Shown one piece after another: positions 1 through 11,360 of a stretch of 64,000 bases of DNA. The position numbers and the translations under genes are program-made. Position 1 is the first letter of the stretch. Each line of letters starts with the position of its first letter. A model generated the notes under the pieces. It did no database searches. It had not been told where the DNA came from and saw only the letters and a list, made by a program, of their open reading frames with translations. Origin of the DNA: Candidatus Multivoradales bacterium (GTDB lineage Bacteria; Acidobacteriota; Thermoanaerobaculia; Multivoradales; JAHEKO01); NCBI GenBank assembly GCA_965223855.1, contig CBDCXM010000009.1, positions 1,408,001 through 1,472,000 of the forward strand. The letters run 5' to 3'.

Positions 1-285
1 GCGGGCGAGTCGAGCGGAGCGGAAGCTGTTCGGCAGCAGGACCGCCTCGTCGTAGCGCCCCTCGCGCAGCCGCGCCAGTCGCTGAGCGTCGTCGCTCGCC
101 GCAACGGCCGCGGCGACGGCGGGAACCCGCTCGAGGAGCGGCACGAGGTGGGGCCGCGCCAGCACTTCGACGACCCGTCCGGAAGCTGCCAGCGCCTCGA
201 GCACGGGGAACGCCATCACGGTGTCACCGACCCAGTTCGGCGCGACGACGACCGTCCTCGGGCTGCCGGTCCCAGGGGTGCTCAC
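1..285 (-). CDS. waaF: LPS heptosyltransferase II (GT9), N-terminal part; runs off the window edge
   Basis: Manual translation from GTG at 285 (overlaps the upstream stop): ...VVVAPNWVGDTVMAFPVLEAL...YDEAVLLPNSFRSA, a typical WaaF N-terminus; last visible gene of the lipid A operon. Confidence 0.8.
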   Translation of the reverse strand, partial: MSTPGTGSPRTVVVAPNWVGDTVMAFPVLEALAASGRVVEVLARPHLVPLLERVPAVAAAVAASDDAQRLARLREGRYDEAVLLPNSFRSARLAR

Positions 286-1157
286 GGCATCCTCCAGCGA
301 TCGTGCATCCACAGCCATCTCGCCGGGCTCGCCCGGATCTCCGCCTCGACCGCTGCCATGTAACGCCGGGTCAGATCGACCACCGGGTCGGCGCCGTCGA
401 TGCTGTCGGCGGAGATCGGCGCGCGGGCGACGATCCGGTAGCGCCCGTGCGGTGCCGGGTAGACGTAGATCGGCACGACGTCCGCGTGGTGGGCGAGCGC
501 CAGCCGTGCGAGCAGGTTGGTCGTCAGCGCGGGGCGGCCGAAGAACGGCACCGTCACCGCGTCGCGCGGCGGGACCCGCTGGTCGACGAGGACGATCATC
601 GACGTCCCCTGCCGTAGCGCCCTCGTGATCGCCCTTGCCGCGCCGTGCTTGTGGATGAGGCGCAGGCCGAAGGCGGTGCGGGCGCGATCGACGTAGCGGT
701 CGAGGCGCGGATTGTCGAGCGGGCGGACGAGCGCGGCGACCGGCGGATGGTAGAGCGGCAGCGGCCGTCCCAGCAGCTCCCAGTAGCCGAAGTGGGCGGT
801 CATGAAGAAGCGCGGTCGTCCGTCGCCGACGGTGTGCTCCCAGCCCTCGAGGCTCCAGCGCTCGCACAGCTCTCGGGGGCCGAAGCGTTCCCACGAGAGG
901 AACTCGGCGGCGTGGGTCATCATCTGCCGGAACGCTCCGCGCACCACCTGGCGGCAGTCGCCGGCGTCGAGCTCGGGCAGGGCCGCCTCGACGTTGGCCC
1001 GCGCCAGACGACGCCGGGAGCCGAGCAGAGAGTGGGCGAGATCACCGAGCCTTCGACCGATCGCGCGCGTTCGACCGTGCGGAAGCGCGCGCAGACAGCC
1101 GCGCAGCAGGTGGAAGGCGCCGGCCTCGGCGGCGTGGAGAAGAGGTGCGTCCTTCAA
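282..1157 (-). CDS. lpxL: Lipid A late acyltransferase (LpxL/HtrB family)
   Basis: AHFGYWE, RPLDNPRLD, LVDQ, VPFFGRPA and WLWMHDRWR motifs; TTG start at 1157 overlaps the lpxK stop (the ORF-track start at 1340 is too long). Confidence 0.85.
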   Translation of the reverse strand: MKDAPLLHAAEAGAFHLLRGCLRALPHGRTRAIGRRLGDLAHSLLGSRRRLARANVEAALPELDAGDCRQVVRGAFRQMMTHAAEFLSWERFGPRELCERWSLEGWEHTVGDGRPRFFMTAHFGYWELLGRPLPLYHPPVAALVRPLDNPRLDRYVDRARTAFGLRLIHKHGAARAITRALRQGTSMIVLVDQRVPPRDAVTVPFFGRPALTTNLLARLALAHHADVVPIYVYPAPHGRYRIVARAPISADSIDGADPVVDLTRRYMAAVEAEIRASPARWLWMHDRWRMP

Positions 1158-2227
1158 CGTCCGCCCCCTTCGTCCGGCGACTCTCGACCGTCGGCCGCGC
1201 TGCCGAGTAACTCCTCCAACCGACCGTCCAGCCACTCGAGGAGCGCGGGTTCCGGTTCGGCCTCGAGCGGCAGCTCGGCGAGCGGCAGATCGAGGCGACC
1301 GAGCAACTTGACGCGGTCCTTGCTCGTGGTCAGGACCCACTCTGCACCGCTCTGTGCAAAGCCGGATTCGATCTCGCGCAACGTCGGGTCGGGGTAGGCA
1401 TGGTGGTCGGGAAGGCTCAGCGCACCGACAAGCTCGAAGCCGCTCTTCTCGACCGCGCGCTCGAACTCGGCCGGTCGCCCGATGGCGCTCACGGCGAAGA
1501 TCCGGCCATGCTGCGGCACCGCTCTGCCGTCGACGGTGCGGGCGGCTCCGATCTCGAACCGAGCGACGAACCCGGGACCGTCAAAGCCGTGCGGCCGGAG
1601 GGCCTCGGCCAGCGCGTCGCCGGCAGGGTCCTCGACTCCCACTCCGGTGAGGATCGCCGCGTCGGCGTGGGCGGCGGAGGCGAGCGGTTCGCGCAGTCGC
1701 CCTCCGGGCCACAGCCGGCCGCCACCGAACGGATCGGATCGCGGGAAGACCAGCAGGTCGAGGTCGCGCCAGAGATCGAGATGCGAGAACCCGTCGTCCA
1801 GAAGGAAGAGCTCCGGTGGCGGATCGAGCCGCTCGAGGGCGTGGCGACCGGCGTCGTAGCGTCGCGGGGCGACGACGACGGCCGCCCCTCGAGCCTCGCC
1901 GGCGAGCAACACGGGTTCGTCCCCGGCGACGGCCGGGCCGAGGAGCGGGCCGTCGCCGGTCGAGACGACTCGCACCTGGCGGTCCTTCCTGCCATAGCCG
2001 CGCGACAGGATCGCCGGTCGCAGGCCCTGGGAGACGAGGTGGCGCGCCAGGGCGGCGGTCAGCGGTGTCTTGCCACTGCCCCCCCAGTGGAGGTTGCCGA
2101 TCGAGACGACCGGTCGCGGCAGCCGTCGTGCGCGGGCTGCGCTGCGGCGTCGTCGCAGCCGATGAGCGGCGGCGTAGATCCGCTGCCACGGCGAGCGGCC
2201 GGCAACCGCGAGCGGAAGAGCGCTCAT
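1154..2227 (-). CDS. lpxK: Tetraacyldisaccharide 4'-kinase
   Basis: SIGNLHWGGSGKTP, LSRGYGR, GDEP, LDDGFSH, GRLREP and TTSKDRVK motifs. Confidence 0.93.
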   Translation of the reverse strand: MSALPLAVAGRSPWQRIYAAAHRLRRRRSAARARRLPRPVVSIGNLHWGGSGKTPLTAALARHLVSQGLRPAILSRGYGRKDRQVRVVSTGDGPLLGPAVAGDEPVLLAGEARGAAVVVAPRRYDAGRHALERLDPPPELFLLDDGFSHLDLWRDLDLLVFPRSDPFGGGRLWPGGRLREPLASAAHADAAILTGVGVEDPAGDALAEALRPHGFDGPGFVARFEIGAARTVDGRAVPQHGRIFAVSAIGRPAEFERAVEKSGFELVGALSLPDHHAYPDPTLREIESGFAQSGAEWVLTTSKDRVKLLGRLDLPLAELPLEAEPEPALLEWLDGRLEELLGSAADGRESPDEGGGR

Positions 2228-3480
2228 TCGAGCCTCGCCAGCAGCGGGGCGAGTGCCTCCAGCGTGCGTGCGGTCGCGCCCCGATGGCTCTCGACGAGCT
2301 CCCTGGCGCGGATTCCGAGTTCCTCGAGGTCGCCATCAAGAGCGGCGCCGAAGAAGGCGGCGAGGTCGTCGACCTCCGCGACCCTCCTCCAGGCGGCGGC
2401 CTCGTCGAACCTTGCCGCCGTGTCCTTGAAGTTGTGCATCGACGGGCCGACCGCGGTCGGCACGCCGAACAGTGCCGGCTCGATCGGGTTGTGACCTCCG
2501 GTCGGAGCGAGGGTGCCGCCGACGAAGGCGGCGACGGCGAGGCGATAGATGGCGGCGAGCTCGCCGAGGCTGTCGAGCAGCACGACGTCCGGCCTTCCAG
2601 CCTCCGCGGCCTGGGCGGGCTCGAGATCGCCGCGCCGGACGAGGGTGAAGCCGCCGCCCTCGATCTCGCCGGCGACCTCGTTCCATCGCTCGGGATGGCG
2701 TGGGGCCACCACCAGCAGCGCCTCGCGCCCGCCGGTCGCGCGCCGGAAGGCGTCGAGGACGGTCGCCTCCTCGCCGGGCATGGTCGATCCGGCGACGACG
2801 ATCGGCCGCCCGCCGGCGAGCGCTTCGAGGCAAGCCTCTGCCTCCTCTGCCGGCGGCGGCGCCTCGGCGTCGAACTTGAGGTTGCCGGTCACATGGATGC
2901 GACGCGCTTCGACCCCCAGCGCCTCGAGACGCTCGCGATCGAGTTGCGTCTGAACGGCGAACCGGTCGACCGCCCCGTACAGGCGCCGGGCGAGCGACTT
3001 CCAGCGCTGCCAGCGGCGGAAGGTGCCGTCGCCGACCCTCCCGTTGACCACCGCGATCGGGATCGAGCGGCGCCGGGCGTGGCGCAGCACCAGCGGCCAG
3101 TAGTCGCCCTCGACCAGCACCAGGGCTCGTGGGGCGAAGCGGCCGAGGAAGCGGCGCACGGCGAAGCCGAGATCGAACGGGAAGTAGGCGATCGCAGCCC
3201 TCGACCCGAGGAGCGCGATCGCCTGCTGCTGGCCGGTGGGGGTGGTGGTCGTCACGACGAGATCGCGTTCGGCTCCCAGGCCGGCTGCCAGCGTCGCCGC
3301 GACGCGCGCCTCGCCGACCGACACCGCATGCAGCCAGAGCGGCTCTTCCACCCGCCTGCCGTCGTATCCACCGAGCCGTCCTCGAAGGGTCGGCAGATAG
3401 TGTCGGCCACGACGCAGGAGGAGCAGCGGTCCGGCGACGGCCAAGGCGGCCGCGACCGCTGTCTGGTAGAGGATCCACAT
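2224..3480 (-). CDS. waaA: Kdo transferase
   Basis: WLHAVSVGE, TTTTPTG, TGNLKFD, APRHPER and GGHNPIEPA motifs; start at MWILYQ (3480). Confidence 0.93.
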   Translation of the reverse strand: MWILYQTAVAAALAVAGPLLLLRRGRHYLPTLRGRLGGYDGRRVEEPLWLHAVSVGEARVAATLAAGLGAERDLVVTTTTPTGQQQAIALLGSRAAIAYFPFDLGFAVRRFLGRFAPRALVLVEGDYWPLVLRHARRRSIPIAVVNGRVGDGTFRRWQRWKSLARRLYGAVDRFAVQTQLDRERLEALGVEARRIHVTGNLKFDAEAPPPAEEAEACLEALAGGRPIVVAGSTMPGEEATVLDAFRRATGGREALLVVAPRHPERWNEVAGEIEGGGFTLVRRGDLEPAQAAEAGRPDVVLLDSLGELAAIYRLAVAAFVGGTLAPTGGHNPIEPALFGVPTAVGPSMHNFKDTAARFDEAAAWRRVAEVDDLAAFFGAALDGDLEELGIRARELVESHRGATARTLEALAPLLARLE

Positions 3481-3612
3481 GGTCGGGGGAGAGGCTGAGG
3501 CAGCCCGGCCGGCAGTATAATCGCTGCAATCTTCGTGGGTTACGGTCCCGACGGTCGCCTGACGCCGGCTTCTAGACGCCCGACCCCGCTCGGCCGTACT
3601 ACCACTGGAGTC

Positions 3613-4266
3613 TTGAACGTGCCGGAACTCGTCCCACTGCCTGAGCCCCCCTCCGAACCGACGGACCAGAAGTCGTCCGGCGACGTCAGCGATCGCGATC
3701 TGCTGCTGGCGATGGCGGAGGGGGACGAAGGCGCCCTGGACCGACTGATCGATCGCAAGACGGGGCCGCTCCTGCAGCTCGGCTGGCGGGTCACGGGCGA
3801 TCGCGAGGATGCTCGCGACGTCGCTCAGCTCACCTTCGTCCGAGCCTGGGAGCATCGGGAACGTTACAACCCTCGCTACAGCCCGAATACCTGGCTCTAC
3901 CGGATCGCCACCAACCTCGCGATCGATCTGGTGCGATCCCGCAACACCCGCGACCGCAACAGCGAACCGGTCCGGCATCACTATGTGCGGCTCGCCGATT
4001 CGCGGCGCACCAGTGTCGCCCAGCTCGAGGAGCGGGAGGTCACCCGCATCCTGCACGAGTTGGCCGGCGAGCTGACCGAGCGCCAGCGAGCGGTGTTCGT
4101 GCTGAGGGAGGTGGAGCGGTTGCCGTCGTCCGAGGTGGCGGCGATTCTCGGCTGCCGTGCCTCCACGGTGCGCAACCACCTCTTTGCAGCCCGCAAGGTG
4201 CTGCGCCGGGCGCTCGAGGAGCGCTACCCCGAGTACGTGGCCCGTCGGCGCGGAGGTGGGGAGTGA
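3613..4266 (+). CDS. ECF RNA polymerase sigma-70 factor
   Basis: Region 2 (DARDVAQLTFVRAW, TWLYRIATNLAID) and region 4 (EVAAILGCRASTVRNHLFAARKVL); GGAG precedes TTG/GTG at 3613/3619. Confidence 0.9.
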   Translation: MNVPELVPLPEPPSEPTDQKSSGDVSDRDLLLAMAEGDEGALDRLIDRKTGPLLQLGWRVTGDREDARDVAQLTFVRAWEHRERYNPRYSPNTWLYRIATNLAIDLVRSRNTRDRNSEPVRHHYVRLADSRRTSVAQLEEREVTRILHELAGELTERQRAVFVLREVERLPSSEVAAILGCRASTVRNHLFAARKVLRRALEERYPEYVARRRGGGE

Positions 4267-4751
4267 CGGGTCACTGCCCGGACTGGGATCGGATGCTCGC
4301 GCATCGGGACGATCCGCAGCTCGACCCGCCCGCCGGCTGGCAGGCGGCGCTCTCGCATCTCGACCACTGCGATCGCTGCCGTCGCGAGGCGCTCGACCGG
4401 GACCCTCTGCTGGTCTTCCAGGGTGCCGCGGGCTGGGAGCCCGACGAGGGCGAGGTCGAGGCGGTGCGAGCGGGCGTAGATGTGGTCCGCCGTTCGCGGC
4501 AGCTCGTGCCGGTTGCTACCCGGCGGTCGAGCGGCTACCGGTGGGCCGCTGCTTCGTTGTTCGTCGGCTCGCTCTTGCTGCTGCCGTCGACCATCGGCCG
4601 CGACGAGGACGACCCGTGGTCGCTGCGACAGGTGACGAGCGCGCCGGCACAGGCGATCGACGGTCTCGACCGTCCGACGGCGCGCGTCTACGAGTGGGGT
4701 GGTGAGGACCTGTCGGTGGTGATGGTCGTCGATGAATCGCTGGACGTCTAG
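4263..4751 (+). CDS. Putative zinc-binding (ZAS) anti-sigma factor
   Basis: HLDHCDRC (HxxxCxxC) motif and a single hydrophobic segment; overlaps the sigma stop codon. Confidence 0.7.
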   Translation: MTGHCPDWDRMLAHRDDPQLDPPAGWQAALSHLDHCDRCRREALDRDPLLVFQGAAGWEPDEGEVEAVRAGVDVVRRSRQLVPVATRRSSGYRWAAASLFVGSLLLLPSTIGRDEDDPWSLRQVTSAPAQAIDGLDRPTARVYEWGGEDLSVVMVVDESLDV

Positions 4752-5502
4752 CCGGCTGTGCCCGTTCTTCGCAGAAGGGTCGCGGCGGTCGTCGATCGCG
4801 ATCGCGGCGCTGACGCTGGCGTCGCTCATCCTCCCCGCTCCGGCAGGGGCGCAGCAGCCGGCGGAGGAGCTGGTGGTGACGATCTTCACCCTCGAGTACC
4901 GGTCGACCCTCGAGGCGATCGCCGCGGTCGAGGGGCTGCTGAGCTCCGCCGGCAGCGTCGAGCTGCAGCCGAGCGACAACGTCCTCGTCGTTCGGGACAC
5001 GGCCGCAGTGATGCGTGCCGTGCGCTCCCGCCTGCGGACCTTCGACACGCCGCCGCGGAGGGTGCGGGTCGAGTTGCAGGTCGTGCGGGCCGGGAGCTCC
5101 GGCGAGCGCGGCGGCTCGCCGAGGTTGGCGGCGCCCCTCGCCGAGCGGCTGCGCGAACTGCTCGGTTTTCGCGACTTCCGGCTGCTGGCGCGCGCCACGC
5201 TCGAGGCTTCCGAGGGGGAGACGATCCGCCACGAGTTTGGAACCGGCTGGGAGGTGGGCTTTGTTTCCGCCGCCGACGTCTCTCCAGCGACCCTGCGTCT
5301 CGAGAACTTCGTGCTCTCCCGTGGGCGGGGTGAAGAGGCGCGGCCGTTGATCCACACCAACCTCAACCTCACCGCCGATCGGCCGATGGTGCTCGGCCTG
5401 GCACAGACCGAGACGAGCGAGACCGCACTGATGGTGGTCCTGACCTGGATCGAGCTGCCGGTTTCTCCGCCGGGGCGGGCCGCTTCATCGGAGGAGCGCT
5501 GA
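4732..5502 (+). CDS. Exported protein with a secretin N-domain (NolW)-like region
   Basis: Signal-peptide-like stretch, then LLSSAGSVELQPSDNVLVVRDT...DTPPRRV, resembling a secretin N-domain; lies in the secretion operon; start uncertain. Confidence 0.55.
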   Translation: MNRWTSSRLCPFFAEGSRRSSIAIAALTLASLILPAPAGAQQPAEELVVTIFTLEYRSTLEAIAAVEGLLSSAGSVELQPSDNVLVVRDTAAVMRAVRSRLRTFDTPPRRVRVELQVVRAGSSGERGGSPRLAAPLAERLRELLGFRDFRLLARATLEASEGETIRHEFGTGWEVGFVSAADVSPATLRLENFVLSRGRGEEARPLIHTNLNLTADRPMVLGLAQTETSETALMVVLTWIELPVSPPGRAASSEER

Positions 5503-6719
5503 TGGAATTCCTCTGCCGGATCGGCACCCCGGAGGGGCAGGTCCTCGAGCGGGTCTACGAAGGTGACGACGCGAGGGCCGTTCGCGGCGAACTCGAGAAG
5601 AAGGGTTTCTACGTCTTCGACGTGCGCAGGCGCGGCCTCCTGGCGGCGCTGGGGAATCCGTGGAGCGCCGGCGCAGCGAGCAAGGTGCCGATTCGCGAGC
5701 TCCTTGTGTTCAATCGCGAGCTGATCGCCCTGCTACGTTCGGGGTTGCCGTTGCTGCAGTCGCTCGATCTGCTCAAGGACCGGCCGCGTGACGCCGGCTT
5801 CCGCGAGGTGCTCGCCGAGGTGCGGGACCGGGTCAAGGGGGGAGAGTCGATGTCGGAGGCGTTCGCCTCGTTCGGCGATCGGCTGCCGGCGCTCTTCGCC
5901 CCCACCCTTCAGGCGGGCGAGCGCAGCGGCGAGCTCGAGGGGGTGCTCAACCGCTTCGTCCGCTACCAGAAGATCGTCCTCGACACCCGCAAGCGGGTCA
6001 TCTCTTCGTTGATGTACCCGGCGGCGCTGATCACCCTGTCGCTGATCCTCATTCTCGTCATGACGGCCTACGTGCTGCCGAACTTCGACACCTTCTTCGC
6101 ATCGCTGGGCGCGGAGCTTCCGGCGCTCACGAGGATCGTGATGACGGTGGCGAACACTCTGCGCGGTAGCGCCGTCTGGATCGTCGTCGGCGGCATCGCC
6201 GGCGTGTTCCTTCTGCGCCAGTGGGGCCGCAGCGACGGCGGCCGGCGCTGGATCGACGGCGTCAAGCTGCGGATCCCGCTTCTCGGCATCGTTTTCGAAC
6301 GGATGGCGCTTTCGGAGTTCTGTCGCTCGCTCTCGACGCTGCTGGCGGGCGGCATCCCGATCGTCCCGTCGCTCGACACGAGCGTCGGAGCGATCGGCAA
6401 TGCGGCGATCCGTGCCCGCCTCGAGCCGCTGCCGGGAGCCGTGCGCGAGGGGGTCTCGCTGGCGGAGTCGCTGCGAGCGACAGGGGTCGCCGAGGACCTC
6501 ATGATCGACATGGTGCAGGTCGGCGAGACCACCGGAGCGCTCGATCAGATGCTGACCGACGTCTCGGACTTCCTGGACGAGGAGGTCGAGACCCGCATGG
6601 AGCGCATTCTCGGTTTGATCGAGCCGGCGATGTTGGTCATCATGGCCTCGCTGGTCGCGATCCTGCTGGTGGCCGTCTATCTGCCGATGTACAGCCTGCT
6701 GGGGAATCTCGGGATCTGA
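5502..6719 (+). CDS. Type II secretion/T4P platform protein (GspF/PilC family)
   Basis: LLRSGLPLLQSL, AGERSGELEGVL, VGETTGALDQML and LIEPAM motifs; three TM segments. Confidence 0.93.
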   Translation: MEFLCRIGTPEGQVLERVYEGDDARAVRGELEKKGFYVFDVRRRGLLAALGNPWSAGAASKVPIRELLVFNRELIALLRSGLPLLQSLDLLKDRPRDAGFREVLAEVRDRVKGGESMSEAFASFGDRLPALFAPTLQAGERSGELEGVLNRFVRYQKIVLDTRKRVISSLMYPAALITLSLILILVMTAYVLPNFDTFFASLGAELPALTRIVMTVANTLRGSAVWIVVGGIAGVFLLRQWGRSDGGRRWIDGVKLRIPLLGIVFERMALSEFCRSLSTLLAGGIPIVPSLDTSVGAIGNAAIRARLEPLPGAVREGVSLAESLRATGVAEDLMIDMVQVGETTGALDQMLTDVSDFLDEEVETRMERILGLIEPAMLVIMASLVAILLVAVYLPMYSLLGNLGI

Positions 6720-6852
6720 GCGACCGACGGACACGAGAGCGACCGCCTAGACGATGCGCCGCGAGGGCCGTATTCCTTCGTGGGGACTGCGTCCTCGCCA
6801 CCCGCCCGAGGGCGAGGCGGCGCGACCGAACCTCTGAACCCCACAAGATCCG

Positions 6853-8490
<1,638 letters not shown>

Positions 8491-9438
8491 CCGCCTCCTG
8501 GGGACCGACCCCAGGCCGGTGCCTCCGGACGTCTTCCTGCTCGACGAGCGGAAGCTCTCGTTCGGCCGTTTCGTGCGCGCGGAGAGCGGCTTCGAGATCG
8601 AGGACTTCCTGGTGGCGGAGCTCCCCGAGGAGCTCTTCGGCGAAGGGGCGCTCGGGGCGCCGATGCACGACCCGGGGCTGTTCCGCCCTGTGCTCCGCGA
8701 GCTCCTGGGGCACCTGGATACCGCTCCCACCGAGGCGTCCCTGGTACTGCCAGACGCCTGGCTGCGGCTCTCGTTCGCCGAGCTCGCCGACCTGCCGCCG
8801 CGCGGCGTGAAGCGGCAGGAGGCGCTGCAGTGGAAGCTCAAGCGCCAGGTGCCGTTCCCGGTGGAGGACCTGCGTCTCCAGGCGGTCGAGGTGGCAGCCC
8901 TGCCCGATCAGGAGGAGCCGGTGCGTGCGCTCGTCGGCTACGGCATCGAGGCGCTCTTCTCGCAGTTGGAGGGAGTGTTCGCCGAGTGTGACGTACAGCT
9001 CGGGCAGCTCCTCAACCGCAGTCTGGCGACCGCGACAGCGGTGCGCGAAGTCGTGGGAGGCCTCGAGCTGGCGGTCGTGGTGCTGGTGTCGGAGCACGGC
9101 TACAGCCTCACGTTCACCCGTCGCGGCGAGCCGATGCTCCACCGCTTCCGTGCTCTCACCCGCGGGCTCAGCGGTGACGACGCCGCGGAACTCGTCCGCC
9201 GGGACCTGAGGCTGACCCGCGCCTTCGTCGAGGAACAGCTCCCCGGGAGCGAGCCGGGAAGGGTGCTCCTCGCTTCGACCGAGGCGAACCGCCGCTTCTG
9301 GCTCGACAGCCTGGAAGCGGGGCTGCGAGCGACCCCCGTCGCTCTCGAACGTGAGCAGTTGCCGTTGCGGGGCAACCTGCCGGATGCCGCGATGGCGCAG
9401 CTCGCACCGATGGTCGGCGCCGCGTGGCAGGAGTTCGC

Positions 9439-10149
9439 ATGAGCCACGCCGGACTCAACCTCGCGCGACGTCCGTTCGTCAACCGTCGACCGGTACGCCG
9501 GCTCGCCGGCCTGCTGTGGGTTCTCGCCCTCGCCCTGCTCGTCTTCAACGTGAGCGTCTACTGGCGTCATGTCGTCGGCTCCGGAGGGCAGGAGGAGGAG
9601 CTGACGGCACTGGCGGCAGAGGTGGAGGGGCAGACGGCGGCGCTCGAAGCGGCGGTCGCCAGGCTCGAAGGCTACGATCTCGAATGGCAGACGGAGCAGA
9701 TCGAGTACCTGAACGCGAGGATCGCCGAGCGCACCTTCGCCTGGAGCGCCCTGTTCGATGACCTGGCGGAGGTGCTGCCCGACACGGTGAGGCTGCAGCG
9801 GGTGACGCCTCGCTTCGGGCAGGACGGCACCGGTGGAGGGAGACGATCCGACACCGAAAGCAGGATGGGGGAGCAGGCGCTGCTGGAGCTCACCGGCGCG
9901 TCCGAGGACGACGAGGTGCTGCTCGTCCTGGTCGATGCCTTCTACGCGCACGACCGCTTCTTCCGTCCCGATCTGCAGGTGGAGTCGCGTCGCGACGCCG
10001 GCGGACTCGTCGAGTTCTCGATGAACGTCGGCTACCGGCCGGCTCCGATCGTGCCGCCGGCGCGGGAGGCGAAGGACGGCCAGGGCGACGGCGAGACCGA
10101 CAGCGAGGGTGCGACGCCGGCGGCGGCCCCGGCGGAGGTCGAATCATGA
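9439..10149 (+). CDS. PilN-like protein
   Basis: LNLARRPFVN, TM helix, coiled coil, WSALFDDLAEVLPDTVRL. Confidence 0.75.
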   Translation: MSHAGLNLARRPFVNRRPVRRLAGLLWVLALALLVFNVSVYWRHVVGSGGQEEELTALAAEVEGQTAALEAAVARLEGYDLEWQTEQIEYLNARIAERTFAWSALFDDLAEVLPDTVRLQRVTPRFGQDGTGGGRRSDTESRMGEQALLELTGASEDDEVLLVLVDAFYAHDRFFRPDLQVESRRDAGGLVEFSMNVGYRPAPIVPPAREAKDGQGDGETDSEGATPAAAPAEVES

Positions 10150-10763
10150 GCTTCACGAGCCTCCGCAGCGACTGGAAGAGCTGGCTGCCGGCCGCAGTCC
10201 TGCTGACGGTCAATCTGTGCGCCTTCGCGCTCTACCAGGGGCTGTGGGCCGGCAGAGCCGAGGAGCGCTCGACGGCGGTGGAGCGCCAGCGCGACCGTCT
10301 CGCCCAGGTGACGAGCGAACGCGAGACGGCCGAGCGGCTCGCGACCCGTGCGGAACGCAACCACCGTCGCCTGACAAGGCTCTACCGGCAGCGCTTCCGC
10401 ACTCAGGAAGAGAGGGTCACGAAGCTGATCGCCGAGGTCAAGAGGCTCGCGCGCCGCTCGGGTCTCGATCCGGCGACCATCCGCTATCCCGACCAGGCGA
10501 TCGAGGGCCGTGGCCTCGTCAAGCGGTCGATCGTCTTCGGAGTCGACGGCAGCTACCAGGCGCTGAGACGGCTGATCAACCTCCTCGAGGTGACCGACAC
10601 CTTCGTGATTCTGGAGGAGATCCGACCCGGAGGTCGCAGCGGCAAGGGAAGCAGCGGGAACAATCTCAGCATCGACCTCGCGATCTCGACCTTGTTTCTC
10701 GAAGACGATCTCGACCCCGAACGGTTGGCCGCCGATCGCGACAGCGCGAGCGAAACGTCGTGA
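10146..10763 (+). CDS. PilO/GspM-like protein
   Basis: TM plus coiled coil plus GSYQALRRLINLLE; ATGA overlap with the PilN-like gene. Confidence 0.7.
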   Translation: MSFTSLRSDWKSWLPAAVLLTVNLCAFALYQGLWAGRAEERSTAVERQRDRLAQVTSERETAERLATRAERNHRRLTRLYRQRFRTQEERVTKLIAEVKRLARRSGLDPATIRYPDQAIEGRGLVKRSIVFGVDGSYQALRRLINLLEVTDTFVILEEIRPGGRSGKGSSGNNLSIDLAISTLFLEDDLDPERLAADRDSASETS

Positions 10764-11323
10764 CGAAGGAAGAACGGCAGAAGAGACTGCTGGCGGCGCT
10801 GCTGGTGATCCTTGCGGTGTCGCTCGGCTATCGCGCGTTTCAGGGGGCTTCGAGGGACGCCGATGGGCCGGCGGCCCAGCGCAGGCTGTCCGGCTCCGGT
10901 GAACTGGCGCGGATCGAGCTGCCTCACCTCGAGCTCGAGCTGCTGCGTCGCGAAGCCGCCTCCTACACGCCGGGGCGCGATCTTTTCCGCTTCGCCGAAA
11001 AGGCGCCGCCGCCCCAGCCGCGGCCGGCCGTCGAGCGCCGGCCGGCGCCGCGGCCGCAACCGCGACCGGTCGCCCGGCCGGCGACGCCACCGACGCCTCC
11101 CCGGCCCCAGCCGCCGGCGATCGACTTCAACTACCTGGGCAGTTTCGGTCCGCCCGAGCGCCGCATCGCGGTGTTCGTGAAGGGCGACGAGATCTACAAC
11201 GCATTGGCGGGGGACGTCCTGATGGAGCGCTTTATCGTCGATAAGATCGGCTTCGAGTCGGCGGACATCGGGTTCGTCGGTTTCCCGGATGCTCCCGAGG
11301 CCCGGCTGCAGGCGGGAGGGTGA
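10760..11323 (+). CDS. PilP/GspC-like membrane-anchored protein with Pro-rich linker
   Basis: GTGA overlap; TM helix, GRDLFRF, Pro-rich linker, then a C-terminal beta domain (FNYLGSFG...IAVF). Confidence 0.6.
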   Translation: MTKEERQKRLLAALLVILAVSLGYRAFQGASRDADGPAAQRRLSGSGELARIELPHLELELLRREAASYTPGRDLFRFAEKAPPPQPRPAVERRPAPRPQPRPVARPATPPTPPRPQPPAIDFNYLGSFGPPERRIAVFVKGDEIYNALAGDVLMERFIVDKIGFESADIGFVGFPDAPEARLQAGG

Positions 11324-11360
11324 GGTCATGTCGGTGCAATTCGCGAGAGGAACGAATCGG

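Noticed and set aside
3481-4179. N-terminal extension of WaaA (651-aa ORF)
   Set aside because: Antisense to the ECF sigma gene; WaaA homology begins at MWILYQ (3480).
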